Shown in pieces: positions 53,009 to 64,000 of a stretch of DNA of 64,000 bases. The position numbers and the translations under genes are program-made. The stretch lies in the NCBI GenBank assembly GCA_004022145.1, contig RCNU01000015.1; one strand, 5' to 3'. The notes beneath the pieces were generated by a model, which saw nothing but the letters and a program-made list of their open reading frames with translations, searched no databases and was not told where the DNA came from. Origin of the DNA: Paecilomyces variotii. Lineage: Eukaryota. Position 1 is the first letter of the stretch, and every line of letters begins with the position of its first letter.

Positions 53009-55337
53009 TCATTTCCACCTACTGATCACAGTTTGCACTTCATCCCACACCTCTACCAAGGACGCTCCATACATGCGATCGACGTAGAAGAAGCCCATCA
53101 ATCGCTGTCTCATCTCCTCGACATCCCTCCATCCGCTACTAATAACAACCTTGGCGAGCTCCACGATGAAGAACGGTCTCTCGATCTGATCCTTGGAGCA
53201 GTGAGCGCCAAGGAACAGCACCCATGCCAGTAAATCAGAATACGGGGCCCAAAAAGTCTGTCTGATTGACTCGTCGAGCGTTTCAAGCGCGACCTTCAAT
53301 GCCTTGACGGGAACATGCAACACGGCTGCGGCGGATGTATACACGACCCATAGCACGGTATTCACGTACAAAAGGGCCGCGAGACGACAACATCCCTCGA
53401 TGGTGTTATCACCCACGAACTCCTCAGTGATGGGATCAAATCGATAGCTGAGCAGACGGTACTCGATAAACAGGTTCTGCGTATCGAAGAAATCTTCGTC
53501 GTTGTCTTCCACGCCCGTGGGGAGTCGGCGGCGAACGAGCTCCGCGTACCGCGTCATTTCAGCCAGGTCATGAAAGACCTGCATCATGTTGGGGCTGAAG
53601 AGAACGCTTGGATCTGGGAGGGTGAGCAGATTGGAAGCTATACGGGCGATGTCTGCATCTGCTGCTGGGATGGCCTTGGTGGTGCGACGGATTGGCTTGA
53701 CGAAGGGGAAGATGGGTTTCGTGAGACCGACAATGGAGATCTTGACGTCGGTTCTGATGATTTCTCACTTTTCAGCCTTTTTCCTGTTACAAGATGGGAG
53801 AGTATGAAGATGGGGGAGGGGGGAGAAAAGGGGTCGACTGACGTTGCAATCTGGGATACGACGGTCAATGGAAGGCTGGAGAGATCACCGCGAAGAGCGA
53901 TCATCTGGCGCAGACCGTTAAGATGGATCCGGACCTGGTCAATATCGCCTGTGAGAGTCTTTGGATAGTTAGTTACTGTTAGGTTCTTGTATACCCATCA
54001 TGAAGGGATTAATCTGAGGCGGGAGATATGGAAAAGATGATCACTGATGTCTCTGGCCAAGTCATAGGGGACCTTCTCCCATCATAGATCACGGTAGAAG
54101 GACAGAGCTTAGGCACAACGGTGACAAGCATGCATGCATCCTTAAGTCTTATTTGTTGGAAATCGCTCCCCGGTGACGCTATGCAACAATAAAGACAATA
54201 GATCCGCTACGTCCTTACCTCGACTGTAATTAAAATAGCCACAGCGGCTATTGTCGCATCTGCAGCCGCCTGCTCGGGATCATTGAGCTTTTCGTTAACT
54301 AATCGAATTGTCTCTGACTTGTGATAGAATGAGTCCAGTGTCGCGAGACTAAGCCGAGTCGATGGTGAGCGCAGCGCCATATCCGGGCCCAGATATTCTC
54401 CCGTCCACATCGCATATACTGTGCACGCGACGCTGATCATCGAATGCAGAAGAACTGCATTCGCCTGTGCCAAGGGGCCCCAGCCTGCCTGCAGGCGGAA
54501 TCTGTTGGCACTGCGCAGCGGGTACGACATAGGAACCACTTCATTCACAACTATTCGACATCAAACCGGCCGTCAGTATGTGCTGGGCTATGCTTGGATA
54601 GTAATGCCAGTCCTCTTCAGACATGTGCTCCGTTGGATACGCAGTCCTCCACCGTGGGAGCGTATAAATGAGGCAACTTACAGTAATGAAGATGGCCTTG
54701 CATGCGTCCTCTTAGATTTGTAGCCATTGTAGCAAATGGGTCGCCAGACCCCTGGCCTACAGGACTCCAGATGGATGGATTAGGCCAACTTGAGACTCCT
54801 TTCTTAGCCGGGAGAATCTGATTTTCTCCATCTTCAGGTGCATTGTCTTGAACCCGGTATACCCAAGGTAGTGGTACAGAACGTCCACTATCTATATCAC
54901 TGGGCCCGGAAGCATCACTCAAGATCTCCGGCGACTGTTCTGCAACACTGGCCTGGCGTTGCCCCTGTGATGGCCGCTGTACCAGTCGCAGTGACAGCGG
55001 ATTGAATCTGGTCTTCTGATATCGTTCTAAATCCTGCAGACGCTTTTTGCGACGATGCTCGGCCATTACATGTGAGCGCACTATCCTCCGGTTCTCCTGC
55101 GTCTGCCCGCCGGCAACGGTCTGGACATCGGAGTGAACCCATTCCAGTTTGGACGGAGGGCGGGTGGCTGCGCTGCGCTTGTTGGAACGGTGATCATCTT
55201 CGGCAGGGCTTCCTGTCAAGAAGTTTAACTGTGGTGTACTGTACGATAACTTAAAATGGCTGCCGCGCCATACCAAGACGCCCTACCTCGTTCGGGGACC
55301 ACACTGGCCGAGGAGCTCAACGGAGCCAAACCTGCAT
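53009..55337 (-). CDS. Fungal-specific transcription-factor-domain protein (DUF3468/Fungal_trans_2-like) without an obvious Zn2Cys6 cluster; exons 55337-55332, 55228-54682, 54550-54219, 53958-53843, 53753-53009
   Basis: NRRIVRSHVM, GSGDPF, HKSETIRLVNEKL..ATIAAV..E, HLNGLRQMIALRG, CCRLAALLY and LLAWVLFLG. I checked the splice phases; the MQ micro-exon start is tentative. Confidence 0.78.
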
Positions 55338-56389
55338 GATTCGCAGGATTATCGGAATTTTCCGATCGAGAATTTGGAGCCAGGACTTTGCTGGGCATTG
55401 CCAAGGCACGTAATCAGCTAACTAGCCGGTGGAATCGCGTTGTAATGGTGACCGGTGCTCCTGGATGGGGATACCAAACGATATCGCGAGATGGAGAGAG
55501 CGGAGATGGTGGATATGCCACCAAGATGACTTTTCTCTGACTGGCGGGCGGCATTTCCCATAAGAAGAAAAGCGCTTCGCCTGTTCTTCTCGCTGTTCAT
55601 CGTTAGACGAGCAGGGGTCTACCTTAGGTTGTGGACTGTTTAGTGAGTTGGACGATTCACGATAGATAAACGAGCCAACCCCACGGTGAGCTAGCAGCTG
55701 CGACGAACTCGGCACTATTTAGTGGGGGAAATAATAATAGACTGGCCAACGCACTTGAAGCATATTGGAAATACTGTCTATTTGTTATGGCCCAGGCAAA
55801 TGATTCCTTGCATTCAGTAATAAGTAGGTATAGATATAATGAGTACGGAGTAAGATGCTCTGGAATGCGATCTGCTGCGATCGAAGTTCAGAACAGGCAG
55901 CCGCATGACTGCAGCTATGATTCCTCAGAGATAGGTAGTCCACGCCAGAAAGAATCGAAGCTCGATGATTTGGGGGCATTGGTTACTTAGCAATACCCCA
56001 ATTAAACAACGCTTACTAGTCCTGCGAGCAACATTATTTCTGTCCATGCTACCTGGTTTAGTGGATAAGTACGTATTGGCGTCCCCCGCCATCAACTAGA
56101 CACAAGCCTGTCAGCACAGAAGCTTGGCCTCCGCATGGACACCATATACCATTTCAAGTAACGCCATGTGCTACGATAAGCTTACTGTCTGCAAAGAGGT
56201 TCAACAAGGACGCCAGATAGTGGGAAAGCTGTCGGGATAGTCTTTGTTCTGGACTCGTATAATCTAGAATAGTTTCCCATTGTCTCATACATAGTTCTAA
56301 GAGACCTAATCTTGCCCATGTGCGACACTGGACTTTGTAAAGTTACAAAAAGGCCCCCATGTTTTCTACATACAACAATATGAAATTCG

Positions 56390-56735
56390 CGGACCGTTCT
56401 CGGTTCCTCCCAATCTCGTATGACAGCGATCTTTCGTGGGTCTACTTTCAATAATGCCGTTGGTGCCAATGATGAAACTAAAGTATCAAGTCTGGGTAAC
56501 GTGGAATTCGCATTTTCTTAATGTCTGCCTGGAGTTCGGCCTTCCGCAGGCGGGACAATACTTCCTTCACCTGGTGCTCTTCTTCGTTGTCGGAGTATAT
56601 GAGGATGTCGTCAAGGTAAACGCTGACATAGTCGTCGAGCAGGTCAAAGAAGAGGTCGTTCACGTAGCGCTGGAAGGTAGCCGGGCCATTCGTGAGCCCA
56701 AATGGAAGGACGCAGTATGTATATAGCATTTCGAC
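56390..56735 (-). mobile_element. Ty3/Gypsy reverse transcriptase fragment with frameshifts and a stop
   Basis: VLPFGLTNGPATFQRY..VYLDDILIYS..H..V...L....L.ADIKK/CEF..VDPRKI.VI.DW.EP.TV; no LTR, RNase H or integrase seen. Confidence 0.9.
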
Positions 56736-57059
56736 ACTCATTGATGTTTTCCTAAGAGAAACAATGGTTAGGATTAGTAAATCTCGGAAAATACCAACGC
56801 ATGGCTACCCACGCGACGGTGAGGCATGGCCTCTTCAGCGAGGACATCATCCCACTCCCACGTAGCAGCATTGAGACTTTTTGTCGATGGCAGTTTGAAG
56901 GTCGGATTGGTCCAGCGTAGGACGTGAGTCATGATCGTATGCGCCATGGGTCCAGCCTTGCGAGAGTCGTGGCCGATATTCCCTGGAGTTCTCGAGCTTT
57001 TGCGTCTATTTCAAAATGGCCCATGGCGAATGGAATGATATATGTGCATTCGGTCTCTT

Positions 57060-57175
57060 CTCCTTCCCCTTCTGGCGAGGTCTTTTAGATATGATTGTAG
57101 GTCATATATTCCTGAAACAATGCATTTGTGCCTATTATGCCTAAGGCAACTGTCCTTTAGCCACCTTGTTCGTTC
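57060..57175 (-). pseudogene. Fragment of fungal HNH (HNH_2) endonuclease, N-terminal half
   Basis: LKDSCLRHNRHKCIVSGIYD resembles the LR..CL.RD..RC.(I/V)S...D start of fungal HNH_2 domains. Confidence 0.55.
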
Positions 57176-57429
57176 GAAGAAGATATTATACATACCTGCC
57201 AGATAGCTGTGTAGTTCTTATGCGGAGCCAAATCTTAGGTCTATCCTTGAAGTAGTATTCGAAGCCTCTCTTGAACAGTGAGAAAAGATAGTATAGGCGC
57301 AGCTTTTGAGAGAGTAATAGCAGATTCGGTAAGATACTCCGGTTATAGTCCGAGTTTGGACAGAATAGTTCAAATGATTGACAAGATGGTTGAAGTTCTT
57401 CCAATTCTTGGCTATATGGCCACATGTAC

Positions 57430-57613
57430 TAGTTGTATTTTCTGATATCTTTTTCTGTTCGATCATATGTTCGGCGTACATTTCGCTTGTGGGTATCTGC
57501 CGAGGGATAATGTTGCTGGTGAACCTCTCTTCAAAGTCTATGAAATACTCGAGATCAACGGGTATGAGACAAATCCCGGGTCATGAGCTCGATCGAAACT
57601 GGATGTGACAAGT
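57430..57613 (-). pseudogene. Fragment of fungal HNH endonuclease, C-terminal half (frameshifted)
   Basis: With two indels repaired it reads TCHIQF/DRAHDPGF/LIPVDLEYFIDFE..PRQIPTSEMY..H, like the CH..FD...DPGF..P.DL.YFI.FE tail of fungal HNH proteins. Confidence 0.6.
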
Positions 57614-57624
57614 GTTCTCCAAAC

Positions 57625-57760
57625 TGTCGACGCTTCTGGCTTTTCACTGAGTGAGGCTTCGCATCTTTGGCAAGTTGAACCCGATGATAAATCAGGTCGG
57701 TTGCCGGCAACGTATCGAGGTTGTCACCGTGGAGGTATCGGTAGTGGTAGAGCAATTAAT
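57625..57760 (-). mobile_element. Gypsy pol fragment (protease-RT linker)
   Basis: LLYHY..L....L..LPATDLIYHRVQL..DAKPHS...QKR is typical of the region just before RT in fungal Gypsy elements. Confidence 0.6.
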
Positions 57761-57875
57761 TGCAAAGTGCGTCTCTTTAGATCAGCACTAACATTCCAAT
57801 CGACGCTCAGATTAACTGACTCTACCCAGTGGTAAGGTAACTATAGAGCTCTGGGTCAAAAGAACGGGTAATACG

Positions 57876-58394
57876 TCAATCTGTGGGGAAAGGTCTTGGG
57901 TGTGCCAGATTCGGGGGTACGGTATCGATATTCCGTTCCATAAGTATGTCATTGGGAAAAACAACATAGTCAGCGAATGAGGTTGCCGCAAAATTCTTTA
58001 TCATACTGACAAAGGAAGGGTCTGCTGCTTTTATCTCCTCAAAGATCAACTCAATCCTCTCCCGAGGGATTGAGATTCTAAGCCGGGTCTTAACATCGTA
58101 ACGCCTGATCCCTTTGACCCTGAATGTCTCAGCGAGCGTTTGGACATGGGCTTTGTTTAGAGGGCAGTTTGCTTCGATACCTAGTCCCCAAAAGGGGGAT
58201 AAAGGTACAACGTCCATAATCGCTGTAAAATAAAAATATTCGCGTACTTTGGCTTCTAGAAATCTTGTCTTTTAAATCGTAGCAGTCGAGGCTGGCTCTG
58301 GCGCGTGATGCCTCTTAGACCCCGTGGTGCTCTTATTAATCTTAACTTTGTTAAGCCAAGCAGGATTGGCAAGGGGATCTGCTATATCCCCCAT
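57876..58394 (-). pseudogene. Truncated gene with DUF3723/ParB-like N-terminus
   Basis: REYFYFTAIMDVVPLSPFW..N(C)PLNKAHVQTLAETFRVKGIRRYDVKTRLRISI resembles the F.GTA.V....R.L...V..L...F...G..R.D..(H/R)..(V/I) pattern; frameshift near the 5' end; truncated. Confidence 0.45.
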
Positions 58395-58897
58395 ATTGCT
58401 GGGTCTTGTTAGCAGGGGAGATATAAATAAAGCACGGAGATACCAGGACAAGATATCACGAAGAAAAACGCCAGAGACACAAGGATAAGACATCAAGAAC
58501 CTACCAGAGTTCGAGTTTTAAAGATCTGCTTGTGAAGTAAGAAAGAAGCCTTGAAGATCTGGATCTGCTTGCGTCTTGATAGAAGTTTCTTGATATAGTG
58601 GCTGGCTCTCCCTTGGATAGATACAGTTTAGCGTCTTGTCCAGGACGGGAAATTGTATTCAGATGGGTCTGAAACAGTTTCTTGTTATGTTCAGGACTCA
58701 TAGGAAATCCTGGGGGTCGTCATCACTTTCCTCTTCCTCCTCGCCATAAAATATAGCAAAGTTCAAGTATTTAAATACATGTAATCCTGTTTGTTTAGGA
58801 TCAATTCATAGCAGAAATTCAAGTCTAAAGACTTTGCAAATAAAAGAAACTAATTGATATGGAGCTGGCCCAGAGGGTTATCAGCAAGAAATAAAAA

Positions 58898-59400
58898 CTA
58901 ATCACTCGTGAGCCTAGGAATTGATACGGGCCATAGTTCATCAATTACAAGTTGAGCTATAGCTTCACAGTCGCCTTGGATAGTAACATCCCAATGGATC
59001 TGCATATTGGACGGAGGCGGATCATAATTGATCCAAACAACAAGGCATTCGCGGCCTCCCGCATGCATAGTATCACTCAGTGTGCAAATGAATCTCTCCA
59101 GATCTGCGCTTGCGAGAGATGTTCCCGCCACAATAAGGAAGGACGAGGTGCTATCTTCTGTGGGGGGCGGTTCCAGGTTGTTGAGTAACTTGGGGTACAT
59201 TAGTAGGTTATGATGCAGACTAAAAACCATTTCGGAACCCTTGATCTCTCGAGGGATTTCTCCTATGACTTCGGCCACTATATTTTGTACCTAGGCTCTA
59301 CCTTGGATAAGTCCTTCATCCTCGTATAGCGTACCCAGTTGGGCGAGAACATTGCGGCACGAGCGATTTCTAGCACCCGCACGGGTTTGCTCACTGTGAG
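58898..59400 (-). pseudogene. Sirtuin (Hst3/Hst4-like) C-terminal fragment
   Basis: FLIVAGTSL..VVWIN.DPPP....WDVTIQGDCEAIA; degenerate upstream RAGARNRS..TLYED; N-terminal GAGIS/QNID motifs absent. Confidence 0.75.
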
Positions 59401-60239
59401 AAGGTTCGAGAAACCATCCAATGGCTCCTTTTAGAGCCTTCCCACATCAAAAACGTCCACATACTGCTCATCGTTGAGCTTTGCGAGTAAGTTGGGACGG
59501 CGGTACTCGACATGGATCCAGTCGACGGCGAAGTTTCCGCTAACGCAGCTAAACTCACAGATTCAGAAAGTTCCAGGCGAAATGTATTTCTCCAGCTGGC
59601 GCCTTGCATTGATCAATAAGATGTACAAATGCTCCCAGACTCTTTCGACTGAGTTTAGGATTGTCGTGGTAGTTGCTTGCCACAAGGTAGTTTGTGCGAT
59701 GATGCTGCGGTACTAGGACTTGAAATCCATTCTCGAAATAGATTAAACTCCGGCAAAGAGATTTGAGCGTGCCGGGTAATCACCTAGAGGCCACATAGGA
59801 CAGGGGTTCGAAAGGCGTATATAACAGACCTCCTTAATGATACCGAAGAGTCGCCTGATATCTTCTCTCCATTCTGGGGCCCTAAAGACTAGGATGGAGC
59901 TCACAATTCGAAGTGGTTTTATAGAAGATGAGCATTTCAAGAGGTGAAATTCTGACAAAGATAGGTTATTTCCTCCCAAGCCACATCTGATTGTTCGATA
60001 CGGCGAATTTGAATAGATTGATACTAGAAAGTGGAGGGTATCCAAACGATGCCTGCAGATATATAGTGTCGTTGACTCTGATTTCGTTTGTTGTGCGAGA
60101 AATCTCCGCTATACCCCAACGTGGATAAGTAAAATTGATTCCAAGGAGAGTCATATATTGATACGAGGCAATCGATAAAAAGAACCACAGGATCCACCCT
60201 AATAAGAATATGGCGGGCTACTCTACAGCAATAATACCG

Positions 60240-60500
60240 TTGTTCAACTCTGTCACTAAACTCGGAATCAATTTGTTAAGATTCAAAGATAGCTGGCGAG
60301 TGTTAAAAGAGTGATCCAGATAGTAGTCATAGACTTTAACGATATGAGTCTGACCTAGTCTCCAGACTCGTCCGATAGCTTGTTGAATGTACCTGTCTAA
60401 AGTCGGGATGTCGAACAGGTGGACATTTCGGCAGAGACTCTGCAGGTTAGAGTCAGCTGAAATTATATAGTACGAACAGATCAAAATGTGATGAGAGTAA
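60240..60500 (-). pseudogene. SNF2-family helicase C-terminal domain fragment
   Basis: ILICSY..(DS)NLQ..C..VHLFD (degenerate motif V) and QAIGRVWRLGQ..VKVY.Y....SF (motif VI). Confidence 0.8.
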
Positions 60501-61723
60501 ATTTTAGTGCAAAATGACTGTATCGGCATCTCTATTTTATAGTGATCAAGTTCTGCGTGAAGACATGTGCGTCAATGCCACATATGTGCAATGCGATATA
60601 AAAGGGCCCCCCCATAAAAACTATCAATATCTTCATGTATCTTTCTATGGCCACGACCTAGAGCTTGATTATAACTGCAGACAATATAATCGGCGAATTA
60701 TTCGAGATTTTAAAAACTGTTGTCCGGGTCTGACCGTTAAGAAGACTTCTAATCTTTAGACCCGGAAAGACTAACTAAAAGTTCTCTTTGGTCGAGTGGT
60801 ATGCAGTTCCGATATGATCCAATATCAAATTTGAATCCCAACCTCATGTTCGATGATAGTTGAAGATCGTTGTCTCGAGAGAAGTTTCGAAGAGTCAACT
60901 TGCAGATTTAAGACTGGAGACTTATTTCACCAAAGAGACCTCAAATGTGGGCGGGGAATACATACATAGGGCCCCATTCACCTTATATCAATGGTTGTGC
61001 AGTGAATCTTGCGAGTGGTACCTTTGGCCGATGCCAAACGTCCTTGAATAATCAAACTGAATCTGTCCACAGTGAAGATGTTTAGTGATAGGAATAGACT
61101 TTTGTTGCTGCCTGGCGAGATAATCACAGTCAGTCAATGAAGTTAATACGCCAATAAGTTTAGCGATGTTGAAGGATATGGTTCGAACGCTATTTACGGG
61201 TATTTCCTACAAGTGATAATCATAAGCATATGTCAAATCTCGACGTAGATAAGAAAAGCAATCAATCACTAGCTTATTCACGTGGGAAACGCTCGTTCAG
61301 ACAGCGGAAGCAGTACTTATCTCTGTCCTCGCCGGCCCTAGACGTAGTAGTTAGGCAATGAATTTCAATGGAACCCATTTCTCAACAATCCAGAGAATAT
61401 TTTCCCGAAGATATGGTCCCAAACGCAGCGTCCAAGTTCGTCCCTAACAAATATTTCCCATTACAACTCGACACCTAAAATCCCGGATGATGACGAAACA
61501 AGCAGAGTCATTAGCAGAATACATGAGATCACAGCATGCACTTCATACTCTATCTTCTATCAACGTCGCACTTAGCTCTGGACAAATTTCGGCTACTTAT
61601 TATCTGCGGAGGACGCTAGAATAATCGATCTTGGAAGGTATCTTTTCCATCTGCTAATTCCAGCAACTGCATTTCCTATGCCTATTAACGATTAACCATA
61701 GATCATCTACCGCGCTCGAGACC

Positions 61724-62245
61724 ATGACAACGAATACGACTACATACGAGATGGACCCTAGAGACGAGAGGACTCCAAATCGACATAAACAAGCACAAAT
61801 TACAAGATGCAACCTCGCGTCTTCTAGCGCTGCAGCTGATAGCGATGGATTCACCGAGCAATATTACTTCCTTTATGGAACTCTAATGGATACATCTACG
61901 CTCAGGGATGTTCTTCAACTTTCCAGTTGGCCAGAGCTCCGTCCAGCAAAAATTGTGGGCTATCACTGTAAGCTCTGGGGGCAATTTCCAGCACTGTTGG
62001 AATCGGGAGATGAAGTGCATGGGATGGCATATTGGGTCCAGTCGATGACAGAGCTTGAACGTTTGATTGGATACGAGGGAGATTTATACGCTCGGAAGAG
62101 ATGTATGATTCATTTCAATAATGGCCAATCACAGGTCCTAGGTAGCACGTTCGTCTGGTGCGGTGATGAAGCGTTGCTGAAGGAAGGAGATTTTGACTTG
62201 AAAGATTACCAGATGATGAGGTTTGAGATGACCGCACAACGATAG
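61724..62245 (+). CDS. AIG2-like / gamma-glutamylcyclotransferase-fold protein; single exon
   Basis: YYFLYGTLMD, LRPAKIVGY..KLWGQFPAL, VHGMAY and RLIGYEGDLY. Confidence 0.85.
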   Translation: MTTNTTTYEMDPRDERTPNRHKQAQITRCNLASSSAAADSDGFTEQYYFLYGTLMDTSTLRDVLQLSSWPELRPAKIVGYHCKLWGQFPALLESGDEVHGMAYWVQSMTELERLIGYEGDLYARKRCMIHFNNGQSQVLGSTFVWCGDEALLKEGDFDLKDYQMMRFEMTAQR

Positions 62246-62653
62246 CGAATCTGATCGGACGTGTGGTGTCGAGTATTTTGTGACATAAATCAAGAATTTA
62301 CCTCGCTATATTGTCTCAATGCAAGTGTACTGTACCTATGGATTTCCCGAGTCTAGATACTCGAGTAAAATGGACGCGGATCATGCGGAACAGGAAGATC
62401 AGACTACCTAGGGATGCTCCGAGGTCAGATAGACGCCCTGAAGAAAAGAAGTCGATTAGATTATTTTTCTGAATTATCAAGTATGCCATGCTGTAATCAA
62501 GGAATGCAAATCAGGACCCAGGCTTCATCCGGAAATGTTTTGAGGACCGGTAAAAGATTGAGCCCGGCGCATTGGCTTTACATTTGAACAGAACATTTCC
62601 CCCACCACCCCGCTCTCAACTCTTCTACAAACACTGGATATAATAATTGCACA

Positions 62654-63761
62654 ATGTCCACCACATCTCACGAACGCGAACACAAGTTCGAACAATCCGT
62701 CAAACGGAACCCACATCCTGACTTCAAGGGAGTTGAAGCCTCGCGGCCTGACTGGCGAGAAAGAATCACCGAAGATGGGAGCAAGCAACCACTGTACACG
62801 AAAACCCGCGATCCGAATTGGAAGTTAGGTCAGGGTGGTAATGATAATGGCGAGTCCCTGGCCAAGGAACATGTCTCGATCGACCCGTACGAGGACGGGA
62901 GACCGGCAGTTTTCAATTATAAGTTGATGATTTCGGCGATCGTTCCTAGACCGATTGGGTTTTTGAGTACGGTTGGGAAGGACGGTATGTATATGTATAT
63001 ATTCCCATGATATTGATAAAAATGGAATACCATATTCATGATTACCCCTTGATATAATAGGAGTACCCAATCTAGCACCATTCAGCTTTTTCCAAATGGT
63101 GAATTTCGACCCGCCGATCTTCGTCGTTGGTTTCCTGGCAAGTCCCAAAGAACCAAAAGATACATTGGCCAATATAATCGAGACAAAAGAGTGTATGTCC
63201 AACTCATATCCTCTCGAATAAACTTCATTGACCATCTGCTGTATAGGCACTGTAAATGTCATATCAGAACATTTCGTCGAAGCCGCGAACGCCTGCTCGA
63301 TCAACAGTCCCTATGGCGTCTCCGAATGGTCTCTCGTCGGCCTGCACCCGGCTCCGACCAAGGTGGTCAAACCAGCTCGTGTAAAAGAAGCCGTGTTCTC
63401 TGCAGAGTGCACGTTGGTTGAAGTGAAAGAGTGGCAAAGTAAGGCGAAGCCGGGCACGGTTAGCGGTGCGATGGCGATCTTGGAGGGTGTCAATTTCTGG
63501 GTTAGGGAGGATGCGATCAACGAGGAGAGGAATGGGATTGATCCGAATGTACGTCGTTTATTGTCTTGGTTCTTGTTGGATGCCAGTTAGCTGTGGTGGG
63601 TTGGATGATGCTAATTTATACCTCTCTAGGTCCTTCGACCAGTTTCCCGCCTTGGTGGGATCAGTTACGGTCGTGTCACGGATGCATTTGAACTTCTTCG
63701 GCCGGACTTTGCTAAGGAATCGCAGAAGCCGGAGGTCCAGGAGTTGATGAAAGGGAACTAG
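62654..63761 (+). CDS. FMN-binding split-barrel flavin-reductase-like protein; introns ~62985-63060, 63193-63246, 63549-63629
   Basis: RNPHPDFK.VEASRPDW, NYKLMISAIVPRPIGFLST, NLAPFSFF, KDTLANI, RVKEAVFSAEC and LRPVSRLGGISYG; TAG at 63759-63761. Confidence 0.9.
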
Positions 63762-64000
63762 CCACGACTTCTATGTGACGGTGCTTTGGCTTCGCGGTAA
63801 GAGATATGAGCAGCAGCTTAGCAAGACTGGAGCGATAAGTGAGTATCAGATCGAAGACGCATCACGTCCCATCAAGTTGTATTGAAAGGACTTACAACCG
63901 TACATATATCACCGAGTATCAAAGCAGCAATTGAGAAACGGTTTTTCATTGTCGCAAATCTAGATATAACCTACATAGACAGATAGAAAGTACTTATACG

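Noticed and set aside
55980-61470. TTAC-type Starship direct repeats at the island edges
   Set aside because: Several TTAC tetramers exist but cannot be distinguished from chance; no captain gene is present.

Overview
Eukaryotic DNA from a filamentous ascomycete, most likely Eurotiales (Aspergillus/Paecilomyces/Rasamsonia-like). The evidence is short GT-AG introns with CTRAC branch points, an intact Aspergillus-type gpd box, and the gene content. Positions 1-55.3 kb hold mostly housekeeping genes: DYS1 3' end, a MATH/USP-like/MORN/RING protein, an MFS sugar porter, a MINDY deubiquitinase, TRM6, ARC18, RFC3, a histidine phosphatase, a small GPI protein, CWC27, HSF1, an aldo-keto reductase, a Pin4/Cip2-like RRM-R3H protein, H2A.Z, PHO88, GAPDH, HDA1 and a DUF3468-type regulator. 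About 56.2-61.2 kb is different: an AT-richer mosaic of short, broken fragments, all on the minus strand (Gypsy RT, two HNH nuclease pieces, a Gypsy pol linker, a DUF3723/ParB-like N-terminus, an Hst3/4-type sirtuin and a SNF2 helicase C-terminus). It looks like a collapsed mobile island. An AIG2/GGCT gene and a flavin-reductase-like gene follow. Other notable signals are a predicted catalytically dead USP7-like domain fused to a RING finger, a GAPDH stop-readthrough extension ending in a PTS1-like tripeptide, an ~820 nt AUG-free HSF1 leader and a C30 tract inside an intron. All family calls are by-eye motif recognition; no database searches were run.
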